In this document: piece after piece, positions 20,338 through 32,398 of the stretch
How the letters are laid out: each line of letters starts with the position of its first letter
Position numbering within the stretch: the stretch's first letter is position 1
Source: Rickettsiales bacterium UBA1997
GTDB taxonomy: Bacteria; Pseudomonadota; Alphaproteobacteria; Rickettsiales; UBA1997
Assembly: GCA_964202895.1 (NCBI GenBank)
Contig: CAXNJM010000001.1
Location: 909,675-973,674 of the forward strand
DNA: 64,000 nucleotides
Reading direction: 5' to 3'
Position numbers and translations under genes: made by a program
The notes under the pieces: model-generated
Told to the model about the DNA's origin: nothing
Databases searched by the model: none
Seen by the model: the letters and a program-made list of their open reading frames with translations, nothing else

Positions 20338-21126
20338 ATGATATATAATATTCAAAGAGGAAAGACAATTTCAATTGTTAATCAAAAAGGAGGGGTAGGA
20401 AAGAGTACAACTGCGATTAACTTATCAACTGCATTTTCTTTATCGGGAAAAAAGGTTTTATTATTAGATCTTGATCCTCAAGGTAATAGTAGTACTGGAT
20501 TTGGGATCTCGCAGTATCAAAGGCAAAAAACTATTTATGAAGTTTTAATAGGTCAATTAAAAATTAAAGATTCAATAATTCCAACTAAAATACCTAATTT
20601 AAAAATAATAACATCAACCGTTGATTTGTCAGCTGTTGAAATAGAATTAGTTGATTTTGAAAAAAGAGAATTTGTATTAAAAAATTACTTAAAAGAGATA
20701 GTTAATTATTTTGATTATATCTTGATTGATTGTCCTCCTTCTCTTGGTTTATTAACTGTTAATGCTTTAACAGCTTCTGATGCTGTTTTAATACCTATGC
20801 AATGTGAATTTTTTTCATTAGAAGGTTTAAGTCATTTATTGACAAGTCTTGATCTTGTAAAAGATAATCTTAATAAAGATTTAAGAATTAGTGGAATAAT
20901 TTTAACAATGCATGATAAAAGAAACAAACTAACAGAACAAGTTGAATTTGATGTAAGAAATTTTTTAAAGGATAGAGTTTTTAAAAATACAATACCAAGA
21001 AATGTAAAGTTATCAGAAGCTCCATCGCATGGAGTTCCAGGAATTATTTATGATCCGAAGTCTAGTGGTTCTATTGCTTATACTAATCTAGCTAAAGAAA
21101 TACTAGAAAAAGAAATAAAATTTTAA
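20338..21126 (+). CDS. parA: Chromosome partitioning ATPase
   Basis: NQKGGVGKST, DLDPQGN, DCPPSLG, IPRNVKLSEAPSHG. Confidence 0.95.
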   Translation: MIYNIQRGKTISIVNQKGGVGKSTTAINLSTAFSLSGKKVLLLDLDPQGNSSTGFGISQYQRQKTIYEVLIGQLKIKDSIIPTKIPNLKIITSTVDLSAVEIELVDFEKREFVLKNYLKEIVNYFDYILIDCPPSLGLLTVNALTASDAVLIPMQCEFFSLEGLSHLLTSLDLVKDNLNKDLRISGIILTMHDKRNKLTEQVEFDVRNFLKDRVFKNTIPRNVKLSEAPSHGVPGIIYDPKSSGSIAYTNLAKEILEKEIKF

Positions 21127-22482
21127 ATGGTATATCTACCTCATTGGCCAATACCTAGTAGCTTAGGTAATAAAAAAATAAATTATGAAGCGGTTTTTGA
21201 AAGAGCTAAAATTGTTTTAAATAGATTAGGAAATCCTCATTTAATAATGCCTCCAATAATTCATATTACTGGTACAAATGGAAAAGGGTCTACTGCATCG
21301 TTAATTAATAAAATTTTAAATCTTTCTGGTTATAATGTTGACTTATACACTTCTCCACATTTACATCACTGTAATGAAAGAATATTATTAAATAAAAACG
21401 GCAATGTTTTGCCAATTAGTGATGGCGATTTATATGAAATAATGGAAATTGTAAGATTAGCTTCTGAAGATATTGATTTAACTTTTATGGAGGCTTTTAC
21501 CATAGGAGCATTTATTGCATTTTCTAGAAATAAAGCAGATTTAGTTGTTATGGAGGTTGGCATGGGAGGAAGATTAGATATAACTAATATTGTTGATAAT
21601 AAAATTGCCACGATTATAACTCCTATATCATTTGATCATATAGAATATCTAGGAAATTCAATAGCAAGAATTGCCTTTGAAAAATCTATGATTATGAGAA
21701 AAAATGTCAATATGATTGTTGGTCCTCAAGCTAAAGAGGCGGGTGAAATTATTAATATTATAGCTAAAGATCAGCTAGTTCCATTGTTTAATTATGATAC
21801 TGATTATAGATTGCAAATAATAAAAGACAATCAAGAATTTGAAATTGAATTTATTTCTCCAAGATTGTCAAAATATAAGAAAAATATCATTTTACCTAAA
21901 CCAAACTTATTAGGAGAACATCAATATATTAATTTTTCAGTTGCTGTAACTACAATAATTTCAATAGCAGATAAATTTCCTGTTCAAGATAAATATATTA
22001 AAAAAGGCATTGAAAGTGTTGAATGGTCAAGTCGTATTGAAAAAATTAATAATAATCTTTTAAAAGTTTTTAATAATAATCTTAGTGAAATATGGATTGA
22101 TGGTGCCCATAATGAAGGAGGTGCATTTGCATTAGCAAAATGGCTTTTGTCATTAAGAGAAACACAAAAAGAAAATATGATTAATGTTGTTGTTGGCTTT
22201 AGTCGTAATAAGTGTAAAATTAATTTTTTAGAAAAATTTATTAATGTTGCTGACTATATTATTGCTGTTATGGTGAATGGAGAACCTTATCCAGAAGATT
22301 CTAGTAAAATTGTTGATATTGGTAAAAATGCTGGAATTGAAATAATTGATGGCAAAGATTTGCTTGAGTCTTTAAACATAGCAAATAGAATAGGTCAACA
22401 AAACCCGATTAGAATATTAATTTGTGGCTCACTCCACCTTGCTAGGGATGTTCGTAAATTTTCTTCTTTTTTAATTAATTAA
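21127..22482 (+). CDS. folC: Folylpolyglutamate synthase/dihydrofolate synthase
   Basis: HITGTNGKGS, YTSPHL, EVGMGGRLDITN, DGAHN, CGSLHL. Confidence 0.95.
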   Translation: MVYLPHWPIPSSLGNKKINYEAVFERAKIVLNRLGNPHLIMPPIIHITGTNGKGSTASLINKILNLSGYNVDLYTSPHLHHCNERILLNKNGNVLPISDGDLYEIMEIVRLASEDIDLTFMEAFTIGAFIAFSRNKADLVVMEVGMGGRLDITNIVDNKIATIITPISFDHIEYLGNSIARIAFEKSMIMRKNVNMIVGPQAKEAGEIINIIAKDQLVPLFNYDTDYRLQIIKDNQEFEIEFISPRLSKYKKNIILPKPNLLGEHQYINFSVAVTTIISIADKFPVQDKYIKKGIESVEWSSRIEKINNNLLKVFNNNLSEIWIDGAHNEGGAFALAKWLLSLRETQKENMINVVVGFSRNKCKINFLEKFINVADYIIAVMVNGEPYPEDSSKIVDIGKNAGIEIIDGKDLLESLNIANRIGQQNPIRILICGSLHLARDVRKFSSFLIN

Positions 22483-22487
22483 TTAAT

Positions 22488-22503
22488 TGTTTCATGTGAA
22501 ACA
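22488..22503. promoter_or_regulatory. parS site 2
   Basis: TGTTTCATGTGAAACA, one mismatch to consensus. Confidence 0.85.
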
Positions 22504-22524
22504 ATTTGAATATAATTTTAAATC

Positions 22525-24279
22525 ATGTATCAAAGCAATATAATAAAATTCTTTTTATCTGTTATTAAGCCATATAAATACTGGTATTTATTAATATTTC
22601 AAGCTCCAATTATAGGCTCACTGTTTAATCCTGTTAATAATTATGCAATAAAATTAATAGTCGATAAAGCTAATTTGTATAATAGTTTAACTATAAATGC
22701 AATTATTTTGCCAATTATCTTATATTGCTCTGCATCAATAATACTAGAAATAGTTTGGCGATTAGCTAATTTTGCCGATTATAAAATTAGTCCTAAAGTT
22801 GAAGCGGAAATAATTAATAAAGCATATTTTATGATCTTTGCTCATAGGTATGAATTTTTTCAAAATAATCTTTCTGGAAAATTGGCCAGTAAAATTATTA
22901 GTTTAAAAGATTCTTTCGTTAGAGTTTTGGATTTATTGAGATTTGGCATAGTTTGGCAGTCTTGCGGTATTTTTGTTGTTTTGATAATGATGTTTTTTGT
23001 TAATATTAAATTAGGGTTAGGGGTTTTGATATGGTTATTGATTTTTATGCCATTAATGTTTTTTTTAAAAAAGAAAGGTTTGATTTATTCGCAAAATTCT
23101 ACCAATAAAAAGCAAAAAATTTCTGGTTTTATTAATGACAATATTGCAAACATTGCCACAGTTTTATTTTTTGCTACTAAAAAAAGAGAAGAATTAAATC
23201 TTTCTGTTCTTAATCAAGATTTTATAACAACCGAACAAAAAAGATTAAAATTCATTTTTATTAATCATTTTATACTTGGGTTTGTTTATAGCGCATTATC
23301 GATTTCAGTATTATTTACATTAATTAATTTAAAAATTAAAAATTTAATTTCTACGGGCGATTTAGTGATGATAATTGGCTTGACATTTTCAATGATAGAA
23401 TCTAGTTGGAGTTTACTAAATAATCTAGATGATTTGGTAAATGAGGCTGGTAAAATAAAGGAATCTTTTTCAATATTTCAGCAAGATTTTTCAGTTACGG
23501 ATATTGATAATTCTAATGTTCTAAGTGTTAAAAATCCTAAAATTGAATTTCAGAATTTAAAATATTCTTATCAAGAGGGTAATTTAATTTTTGATAATTT
23601 TAACTTAAAAATTGAAGCTGGTGAGAAGATTGGTTTAGTAGGAGTTTCTGGTTCAGGAAAATCAACTTTAATAAAGCTTTTATTGCGATTTTTTGAATTA
23701 AATTCTGGCAAAATAGTGCTTGATGATTTTGATATTGCAAAAGTTTCTCTTGAGTCTTTAAGGGGCTCTATTTCAATAATTCCGCAGGAAACAAATTTGT
23801 TTCATCGCTCAATTGCTGAAAATATTGGATATGGAAAATTATCGGCTAATCAAGAAGATATTGAAAATGCTGCAAAGATGGCTAAAATTCATGATTTTAT
23901 AATGAGTTTACCTCAAGAATACAATACTTTAGTTGGTGAGAGGGGGGTTAAGTTAAGTGGAGGCCAAAGACAAAGAATAGCAATTGCTAGAGCTTTTCTT
24001 AAAAATTCTTCAATTTTAATTCTCGATGAAGCGACTTCTAGCCTTGATACTGAAACCGAAATTGAAATTCAGCAATCAATAAATGCAATGTTAGATAATA
24101 AAACAACAACAGTTATTGCAATAGCTCATCGCCTTTCAACCATAAAGCATTTAGATAGGATTCTTGTGTTAGAAAAAGGTAAAATTATTGAAGATGGAAA
24201 TTTTGATAATCTTCTAAAAATTGAAAATGGAAAGTTCAAGAAATTGTGGGAATGTCAATTTAATGGTATGGTTTCTTGA
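22525..24279 (+). CDS. ABC exporter, fused TMD + NBD
   Basis: N-terminal TM helices, GVSGSGKST, LSGGQ, ILDEATS, AHRLST. Confidence 0.95.
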   Translation: MYQSNIIKFFLSVIKPYKYWYLLIFQAPIIGSLFNPVNNYAIKLIVDKANLYNSLTINAIILPIILYCSASIILEIVWRLANFADYKISPKVEAEIINKAYFMIFAHRYEFFQNNLSGKLASKIISLKDSFVRVLDLLRFGIVWQSCGIFVVLIMMFFVNIKLGLGVLIWLLIFMPLMFFLKKKGLIYSQNSTNKKQKISGFINDNIANIATVLFFATKKREELNLSVLNQDFITTEQKRLKFIFINHFILGFVYSALSISVLFTLINLKIKNLISTGDLVMIIGLTFSMIESSWSLLNNLDDLVNEAGKIKESFSIFQQDFSVTDIDNSNVLSVKNPKIEFQNLKYSYQEGNLIFDNFNLKIEAGEKIGLVGVSGSGKSTLIKLLLRFFELNSGKIVLDDFDIAKVSLESLRGSISIIPQETNLFHRSIAENIGYGKLSANQEDIENAAKMAKIHDFIMSLPQEYNTLVGERGVKLSGGQRQRIAIARAFLKNSSILILDEATSSLDTETEIEIQQSINAMLDNKTTTVIAIAHRLSTIKHLDRILVLEKGKIIEDGNFDNLLKIENGKFKKLWECQFNGMVS

Positions 24280-24294
24280 TTTTGAAAAAGTTTA

Positions 24295-24369
<75 letters not shown>

Positions 24370-24552
24370 ATAGAATATCCAAAACTAAGAATATAATATG
24401 TAATTTACAGAAATCTAAAAGATAAAAAATAAATTGCAATCTAATAATTAAAAAAATATTGTTATTTTCTACAAAATCTTATTTTAAGGAGTGTTTGAAG
24501 TTATTTTAAGCTTAGATTAAGTCGAATTTGTTAATTTTTCTTTTAAGAATTT

Positions 24553-25167
24553 ATGAAATTTTTTTTGCTATTTGTTTTGCTTTTTAATGTCGCTTGCGTT
24601 GAAACAGTTGCCGTTGGAACTGTCGTTGCTGGAGTTGTGGTTTCTCGCGATAAAAATATTGAACAAAGTAAAAATGATGCCTTAATTTCTACTAAAATTA
24701 ACCTCTCTTTATTGCAAAATAAGTTAAGAGGAATTGACAGCAACATCAAGGCAACGGTAAGTGAAAACAGGGTATTGCTAACAGGGGCAACGAAAGACAT
24801 CGATAATGCTAAAAAAGCCTATAATATTGCTTGGAAAATCGATGATGTAGAGGAGGTTATAGATGAAATTAATCTTGAAGAACCAAGAAAGAATAGTGTG
24901 GGGTTTTTTGTCGATGAATTTAATCAATCTATGATTGATTCTTTCATAACTGCAAAGATTAGGGTTAAAATTCTCGCAGATAGAAAAATATTTTCTGCAA
25001 ATTATCATGTTATTACTTCTAATCAAGTGATTTACTTAATCGGCTTGGCTCAAAACGATCTAGAATTAAAGCAGGTTTTCAAAAGAGCTGCAAAAACTTA
25101 CGGAGTTAAAAAAGTTGTTAATCATGTTATATTAAAAAATGATAAAAGATATAAAAGATTGCAATAA
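24553..25167 (+). CDS. BON-domain lipoprotein (DolP/OsmY-like)
   Basis: Lipobox NVAC; two BON-like repeats (RVLLTG, VIYLIG, GVKKVVNH). Confidence 0.85.
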   Translation: MKFFLLFVLLFNVACVETVAVGTVVAGVVVSRDKNIEQSKNDALISTKINLSLLQNKLRGIDSNIKATVSENRVLLTGATKDIDNAKKAYNIAWKIDDVEEVIDEINLEEPRKNSVGFFVDEFNQSMIDSFITAKIRVKILADRKIFSANYHVITSNQVIYLIGLAQNDLELKQVFKRAAKTYGVKKVVNHVILKNDKRYKRLQ

Positions 25168-26524
25168 TCAGCAAAATCAAGTTATTACATTTGGTTGTAG
25201 GCTTAACATTTTTGAGAGCGAGGCGATAAAAAATGCAATTGATATTGCGGGAGAAAAAAACTATATAGTTTTCAATAGTTGCGCGGTTACTGAAAAAGCA
25301 GAGCAAGATTTAGCCAAAGCGATTAAGAAAGTTCGCAAACAAAATCCAGATGCAAAAATAGTAGTTACAGGCTGTGCTGCGCAAATAGATCCAGAAAAAT
25401 ATGCAATTATGAAAGAGGTTGACTTAGTTTTAGGAAATACAGAAAAATCAAAGGTTGAAAGCTATAAAAATAATTCCATTTTTTTAAAAAATAATCACCA
25501 AACTAATATTCAAAACCATTCGGATCAAATATTTTTAAAGGCTAGACAAGAAAATAGCTTGTTTTTAAATGACGATGATTCAGCAAAAATAAGGGTTAAT
25601 GATATTATGTCGGTCAGAGAAACGGCTCCTCAGCTGGTTTCTTATTTTGAAAATCAAACCCGAGCTTTTTTAGAAATTCAAAACGGCTGTAATCATCGTT
25701 GCACCTTTTGCATCATACCTTTTGGCAGGGGAAATAGTCGTTCAGTGCCATTTGGCGAAATAATTTCTCAATCCCGCAATATGATTGATGCTGGTCATAA
25801 AGAAATTGTGCTTACGGGGGTTGATATTTCAGATTACGGAAAAGATTTGCCGGCGCCAATTAATCTAACAAAAATGATAAAGCGAATGCTTGATTTATTG
25901 CCTGATTTACCTAGATTAAGGCTTTCTTCGGTTGATGTTGCGGAATTAGACGATGATTTTTGTGAATTGCTTGCAACTCAGCCTAGGCTAATGCCTTATT
26001 TGCATCTTAGCATTCAGTCGGGAGATGATTTAATTCTTAAGAGAATGGCGAGAAGACATACTCGTCAGAACATCATTGATTTTTGTGCAAAAGCAAGAAA
26101 AGCAAGGCCAGAAATAGCTTTTGGTTGCGATGTTATTGCTGGTTTTCCCACGGAAAATGATGAATCTTTTAATAATAGTGTTTCTTTAATCAAAGAATTG
26201 GGCTTGGTATATACTCATATTTTTCCTTATTCTGCAAGAAAGGGAACTCCCGCCTCAAAAATGCCCCAAATTCCTGCTAAAATTATTAAAGAAAGAGCTA
26301 GAATATTAAGGGAAGCGGGCAATTTAGAGTTGCAAAAATTTATGCAAAAAAATATTAATAAAAAAAGCAAAATTTTGCTTGAAAAAAATAATTTTGGAAA
26401 AAGTGAAAATTTTCTTGATGTTAAAATTGTTGATAATTTTCAAAGTAATGTTAAGGTTGGATCGATGGTTGAAGTTGAGATTATTGACATTGAAAATAAT
26501 CATCTTTTGGCAAAAATATTGTAA
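25139..26524 (+). CDS. mtaB: tRNA t6A methylthiotransferase
   Basis: TFGCRLN, NSCAVT, VTGCAAQ, CNHRCTFC radical-SAM triad, TRAM-like tail. Confidence 0.92.
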   Translation: MIKDIKDCNNQQNQVITFGCRLNIFESEAIKNAIDIAGEKNYIVFNSCAVTEKAEQDLAKAIKKVRKQNPDAKIVVTGCAAQIDPEKYAIMKEVDLVLGNTEKSKVESYKNNSIFLKNNHQTNIQNHSDQIFLKARQENSLFLNDDDSAKIRVNDIMSVRETAPQLVSYFENQTRAFLEIQNGCNHRCTFCIIPFGRGNSRSVPFGEIISQSRNMIDAGHKEIVLTGVDISDYGKDLPAPINLTKMIKRMLDLLPDLPRLRLSSVDVAELDDDFCELLATQPRLMPYLHLSIQSGDDLILKRMARRHTRQNIIDFCAKARKARPEIAFGCDVIAGFPTENDESFNNSVSLIKELGLVYTHIFPYSARKGTPASKMPQIPAKIIKERARILREAGNLELQKFMQKNINKKSKILLEKNNFGKSENFLDVKIVDNFQSNVKVGSMVEVEIIDIENNHLLAKIL

Positions 26525-26539
26525 ATTTAATAAAATTTC

Positions 26540-26986
26540 ATGAAAGATTTATCTAAATTACTTGCTCAAACTGGAGCCACGAAAGCAAACACAGAAACTC
26601 ACGAAAAGCTTTCTGCTTTTATGAAAAATCAGGTTAACAAAAAAAATGAGGCTCAGAAGAATCAAAGCAAATCTAAAATAGTTGCAAAATCTATAACTAA
26701 TAATAATTCTAAGAAAGATGGCGAAACAATGGCAGAAGGGGTGAATGAAGAATTGGAGGAAATGACAGAAGAAGAGCAGTTGGAAGAGGCAAAGAAAGCA
26801 TCTCGCAAAAAATCAGAAAATTACGATCAAAGCAAAATGCTTAAAAAGCTTTTAATGGAAACCATTTTAAAAATAGTTTTGGGAAGTGCTTTGATAATTG
26901 CTGTGGTTTTTGCTGTTGTGGAGTTTATGCCGATTATAACTAGTTTTTTTAGTGGCTTCATCATAAAATTAATTACAGGAAAGTAA
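26540..26986 (+). CDS. Hypothetical protein, charged N-terminus and C-terminal TM helix
   Basis: 148-aa ORF in operon position after mtaB; hydrophobic IVLGSALIIAVVFAVV. Confidence 0.7.
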   Translation: MKDLSKLLAQTGATKANTETHEKLSAFMKNQVNKKNEAQKNQSKSKIVAKSITNNNSKKDGETMAEGVNEELEEMTEEEQLEEAKKASRKKSENYDQSKMLKKLLMETILKIVLGSALIIAVVFAVVEFMPIITSFFSGFIIKLITGK

Positions 26987-27155
26987 TTTTGTGCTGAATC
27001 TATAATCTACTTATCTAGATGGGATTTGTTGTAAGTCTTATTAATCTCCATCCTCCTTAAACTGATTATTTATAGCCATGGAATCAAATTAACAAATAAA
27101 CTGATAAAAAAGACTGGTCAATGCTGATTCTGCGGTTACCTAAAACACTCGTTAT

Positions 27156-27323
27156 GCCGTTGCAAAATGGTACCTATAAAGAGGGGGAGGCTGTGTCCCG
27201 ACTTTCGTCGAGATAACGATGACGGTAAAGGTTGAGATGACGATTGCAGTTGAGCTGGCTTCGCACTCTCCCCTAACCGCAACAAGAAGCTTCAGCCCCT
27301 TGCCTTCTTTCTGGATGACGGAA
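27156..27323 (-). ncRNA. ssrS: Probable 6S RNA
   Basis: GC-rich non-coding island. On the minus strand it folds into a rod (AAAGAAGG-CAA-GGGGCTG pairing with CAGCCTC-C-CCCTCTTT) with a 3' GAAA hairpin followed by ACAGCCT, mirroring the E. coli 6S layout. Ends approximate. Confidence 0.6.
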
Positions 27324-27696
27324 CTAAAAAACTCGCCAAAATTCATAAAAAACTTAAAAAACCTTGCCAAATTAAGCTGTAAAAATAAGATTTTTTGGAC
27401 CTAGTTTTTAATTTAAAAATTCAAAACCAAAAAATCTCTAAAGTTGAAATTTATTGGGTTAAATTTCGATTTTTAGAGGCTCCTTAATGGAATGCATTCG
27501 GCATTTAAAAATTTAGCTGTTAATCGCGAGAGCTTCAAGAAAATTATTCTAGATAAGCAAGTAAATGAAAGATTGAATAGCTTTAATTTTTTAACATTTT
27601 TTAAAATTCGCGATATGTAAAGATAAGCAACAGCAAAAAACTTAGGCTTAAATTCTTTAAGTTCATAGGGTGTTAATAGTCTTGGAATTTATTGTC

Positions 27697-27724
27697 TTGA
27701 CAATTTATTTATTTTAAATATAGT
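27697..27724 (+). promoter_or_regulatory. Near-consensus sigma70 promoter ~520 nt upstream of the DEAD-box gene
   Basis: TTGACA-N16-TATAGT. Confidence 0.55.
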
Positions 27725-28245
27725 TGTGGAGCTTTGGCATTAGTGGCTACATAATTAATAGTAGCTAAATAATAAATTTCCAGCCTTTAAATTAAATTTT
27801 AAAATTACTTTAAGGTTTCAATGCTTAAATGTTTTAAATATAGAAAATGATGTATAAGCTTTATGTCGTTTTCCAATTTTAAACAAAGTAAATTGATGAT
27901 TTAAAATTTTAGTCAATGTTTTTAAACATTTTCTAAATGAAAATTCAATTTAAAATATGGAAAATGATATTAGAGTTAGTTTCTAGTTTATTCTTCTTTT
28001 TTTGTGTTTCTATATTAAAATATTGCAAACAATTAATTAGCCTAATATCGCTATACTTAATTTAATAATTTTTCAAGATTATTAACTGCTTAGCTTCGTT
28101 ATATTGCTTATTTTTTGATTACTGCATTTTGTATGAATATGGTTTTCATTGATGAGCTTAAAGTTACTACTAGCTTGACAGAGCATAATTAAAACTTCCT
28201 ATCATAATTTAACTATTATGATAATTAACAAATATTTATATAAAA

Positions 28246-30123
28246 ATGAGTAATGAAATAAAATTTAGCGATCTAGGGCTTTCGCCTGAGATGATGGAGA
28301 GGCTTAACAATAAAGGCTTCGAAAATGCAACCCCAATTCAAGCGCAGGCTATTCCTTTTCTTTTAACCCAAGATCAAGATTTAATCGGCAAGGCACAAAC
28401 TGGAACTGGTAAAACAGCGGCTTTTGGGATTCCAATTATTGAACAATTAAAACCTAATAGCAAAAAGGTTCAAGCTATAATTCTAGCCCCAACTCGTGAA
28501 TTAGCAATGCAGGTTAGTGAAGAGTTAAGCTCTTTTTACTTGTTAAAAAACAGAATAATTGCAGTTTACGGCGGTCAGCCAATAGAAAAACAAATCATGC
28601 AGTTGAAAAAAGGTGTTGATATAGTTGTTGGAACCCCCGGCAGAATAATTGATCATATTAACAGAAAAACAATTGATCTTTCTCAAATCACTCATTTAGT
28701 TTTAGATGAAGCGGATGAAATGCTTAATATGGGCTTTGTTGAAGATATCGAAACTATTCTTAAGAGTGCTCCTGCTAATCGTAAAACTATATTATTCTCA
28801 GCAACAATGCCTAGCCATATTGAGAATTTGGCAAAAAAATATATGAAAAATTATCAAACTATTTCGGTAATTAATCGTGCAGATTCTGGCAAAAGCAATA
28901 TCGAACAAAGTTTATTGGTGGTTGATAACAGCGATAAGTTTGAAGCTCTATTCCGCATTATTGAAAATGAAGATAAATTTTATGGAATGGTTTTTTGTCG
29001 CACCAAAATGGATGCAGATGATATAGCTAGCAAATTAATTGCTCGTTCATTGAATTCTGAGGCACTTCATGGTAATGTTTCTCAATCTCAAAGAGAGAAA
29101 ATATTGCAAAAATTCCGTAATAAAAAAATTAATATTTTAGTGGCGACAGATGTTGCTGCCAGAGGAATAGATGTTGATAATCTTTCCCATGTTGTTAATT
29201 ATTCTTTACCGCAAGATACAGAAAGCTATGTTCATAGAATTGGTAGAACTGGCAGGGCGGGTAAAAAAGGCATAGCAATTACCATTATTACTCCTTCTGA
29301 GCACCGTAAAGCAATGGAAATCCAAAGAGTTACCAACAATAAGCTAAATACTTATGAATTGCCAACCGTTGACAATATTGTGTCTAGCAAAAAGCAAAAA
29401 ATAAAAAGTAGCATCAATGAGTTAATGTCTGGTGTTGATTCTTCTAGTTTAGAATTAGCAAGAGAAGTTATGGCAGATTGCGGTGAGGATAATGAGCAAA
29501 TTATTGCGGCATTGCTAAAAATGGCCTTCAGGAATCAGTTGGACAAAACTAAATTCCGTGAATTAAGACAAGTTTCTGTAAAGTCTAGAGATGGTAATTC
29601 TAGCTTTGGAGGCTCTTCTTATAAATCTGGTGGCTACGGAGAAAGAAGCTCTTCATTTGGCAATAGATCCTCTCGTTTTAGCGAAGGTTCTTCTAGAGAT
29701 AGAGGTTCTTCTCGTTTTAGTGAAGGCTCTTCTAGAGATAAGGGCTCTTCTCGTTTTAGTGAAGGTTCTTCTAGGGATAGAGGCTATTCTCGTAATGAGG
29801 GTTCATCTAGAGATAACGGCTCTTCTCGTAGCTTCAATTCTTCTCAAGGAAACTACAGCAACGACTCTAATTATAATGACGATGGTTCTACCCGTCTCTT
29901 TATAGCAAAGGGCAGGAATGATAATTTTGATGAATTGTCATTAACAAACTTCATAAAGAAAGAAACGGGAGTGGATTATAAAAATATTAATAATATAAAA
30001 ATTCTTGATCAATTTTCTTTCTTCGCTACAGAGGCAGGAGATGCTAAAAAGATTCTGGATATTTTTCAGCAAAAATCGCAGAATGGCAGATCTTTAGTCA
30101 CAAGAGCAAAAGAAAGAAAATAA
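28246..30123 (+). CDS. deaD: DeaD/CsdA-like DEAD-box RNA helicase with DbpA-type RNA-binding domain
   Basis: AQTGTGKT, PTRELA, DEAD, SAT, HRIGRTGRAG, C-terminal RLFI...G domain. Confidence 0.9.
   Translation: MSNEIKFSDLGLSPEMMERLNNKGFENATPIQAQAIPFLLTQDQDLIGKAQTGTGKTAAFGIPIIEQLKPNSKKVQAIILAPTRELAMQVSEELSSFYLLKNRIIAVYGGQPIEKQIMQLKKGVDIVVGTPGRIIDHINRKTIDLSQITHLVLDEADEMLNMGFVEDIETILKSAPANRKTILFSATMPSHIENLAKKYMKNYQTISVINRADSGKSNIEQSLLVVDNSDKFEALFRIIENEDKFYGMVFCRTKMDADDIASKLIARSLNSEALHGNVSQSQREKILQKFRNKKINILVATDVAARGIDVDNLSHVVNYSLPQDTESYVHRIGRTGRAGKKGIAITIITPSEHRKAMEIQRVTNNKLNTYELPTVDNIVSSKKQKIKSSINELMSGVDSSSLELAREVMADCGEDNEQIIAALLKMAFRNQLDKTKFRELRQVSVKSRDGNSSFGGSSYKSGGYGERSSSFGNRSSRFSEGSSRDRGSSRFSEGSSRDKGSSRFSEGSSRDRGYSRNEGSSRDNGSSRSFNSSQGNYSNDSNYNDDGSTRLFIAKGRNDNFDELSLTNFIKKETGVDYKNINNIKILDQFSFFATEAGDAKKILDIFQQKSQNGRSLVTRAKERK
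29668..29829 (+). repeat. ~4 tandem 39-bp coding repeats (SSRFSEGSSRD[R/K]G)
   Basis: TCTCGTTTTAG recurs at 29671, 29710 and 29749, with degenerate copies at 29788 and 29824. Confidence 0.9.
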
Positions 30124-30141
30124 TAGCAACTTTATTTTTAA

Positions 30142-31603
<1,462 letters not shown>

Positions 31604-31646
31604 TGCCAATCCCATCTTTAAAGCTAGGATTTGATATAATTAAAAA

Positions 31647-32387
31647 CTAACTAGTCGATAATATTGAATTTTCATTAATTGATTTTAAAATTTTAACCAT
31701 TTCGGCATTTGCCTCTTCTAGCTTGTTGTAATCAATAGATCTAAACACTAAAGATGTTCCTCCTTCAAACGGATAGCTACCCATTGAAACCTCTGAGTAT
31801 CTTTTTTGCATTTCGGTTAAAGATTTAGCAATTGCACTTTCGGTAAGGTTGATTTTTACTTCAATTGCTTTGATTTTTTTACCAACTTTTAACTGTGATT
31901 TAGCCACTTCAAACATTACTTGAAATATTTTTGGAATTCCTGCCATTACAAATACATTGCCAATTCTGAAGCCGGGGGCTGATGATATTGAATTTTCTAG
32001 TAAAGTTGCTGAACGAGGCATATAAGCCATTTTGAGCCTTGCTTCATTGATATTTTCTGCTCCATAGTGTTGAATTAATATTTGTTCAGCTATTAAATTT
32101 TTTTCAAATATATCGTCAAATGCTCTTGATATTGATTCGCTGGTAATATCATCGTGGGTAGGCCCTATTCCTCCGCTTGTAAAAACATAATCAAATTTAT
32201 TTCTTAGGCTGTTAACGGCAGAAATTATCTCCGCTTCAATATCGGCAACCACTCTTACTTCTTTGAGGCTGATGCCCATTTCTGTAAGGTTTTTAGCAAG
32301 AAAATTAATATTTTTATCTTCAGTTCTGCCAGATAAAATTTCGTCGCCAATTATTAATAAAGCACTAGTAATAGAATTGTTGGTCAT
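31647..32387 (-). CDS. CinA-like molybdopterin-binding domain protein
   Basis: IGDEILSGRTEDKN, GGIGPTHDDIT, MAGIP, SMGSYPF; start reset to ATG 32387, since the longer ORF overlaps tRNA-Arg. Confidence 0.9.
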   Translation of the reverse strand: MTNNSITSALLIIGDEILSGRTEDKNINFLAKNLTEMGISLKEVRVVADIEAEIISAVNSLRNKFDYVFTSGGIGPTHDDITSESISRAFDDIFEKNLIAEQILIQHYGAENINEARLKMAYMPRSATLLENSISSAPGFRIGNVFVMAGIPKIFQVMFEVAKSQLKVGKKIKAIEVKINLTESAIAKSLTEMQKRYSEVSMGSYPFEGGTSLVFRSIDYNKLEEANAEMVKILKSINENSILSTS

Positions 32388-32398
32388 TTTTTTAATTT

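Noticed and set aside
27152-27404. Two short ORFs, or a two-piece tmRNA
   Set aside because: The ORFs are unrecognisable and overlap a structured GC-rich island; there is no tRNA-like CCA end or ANDN-type tag frame
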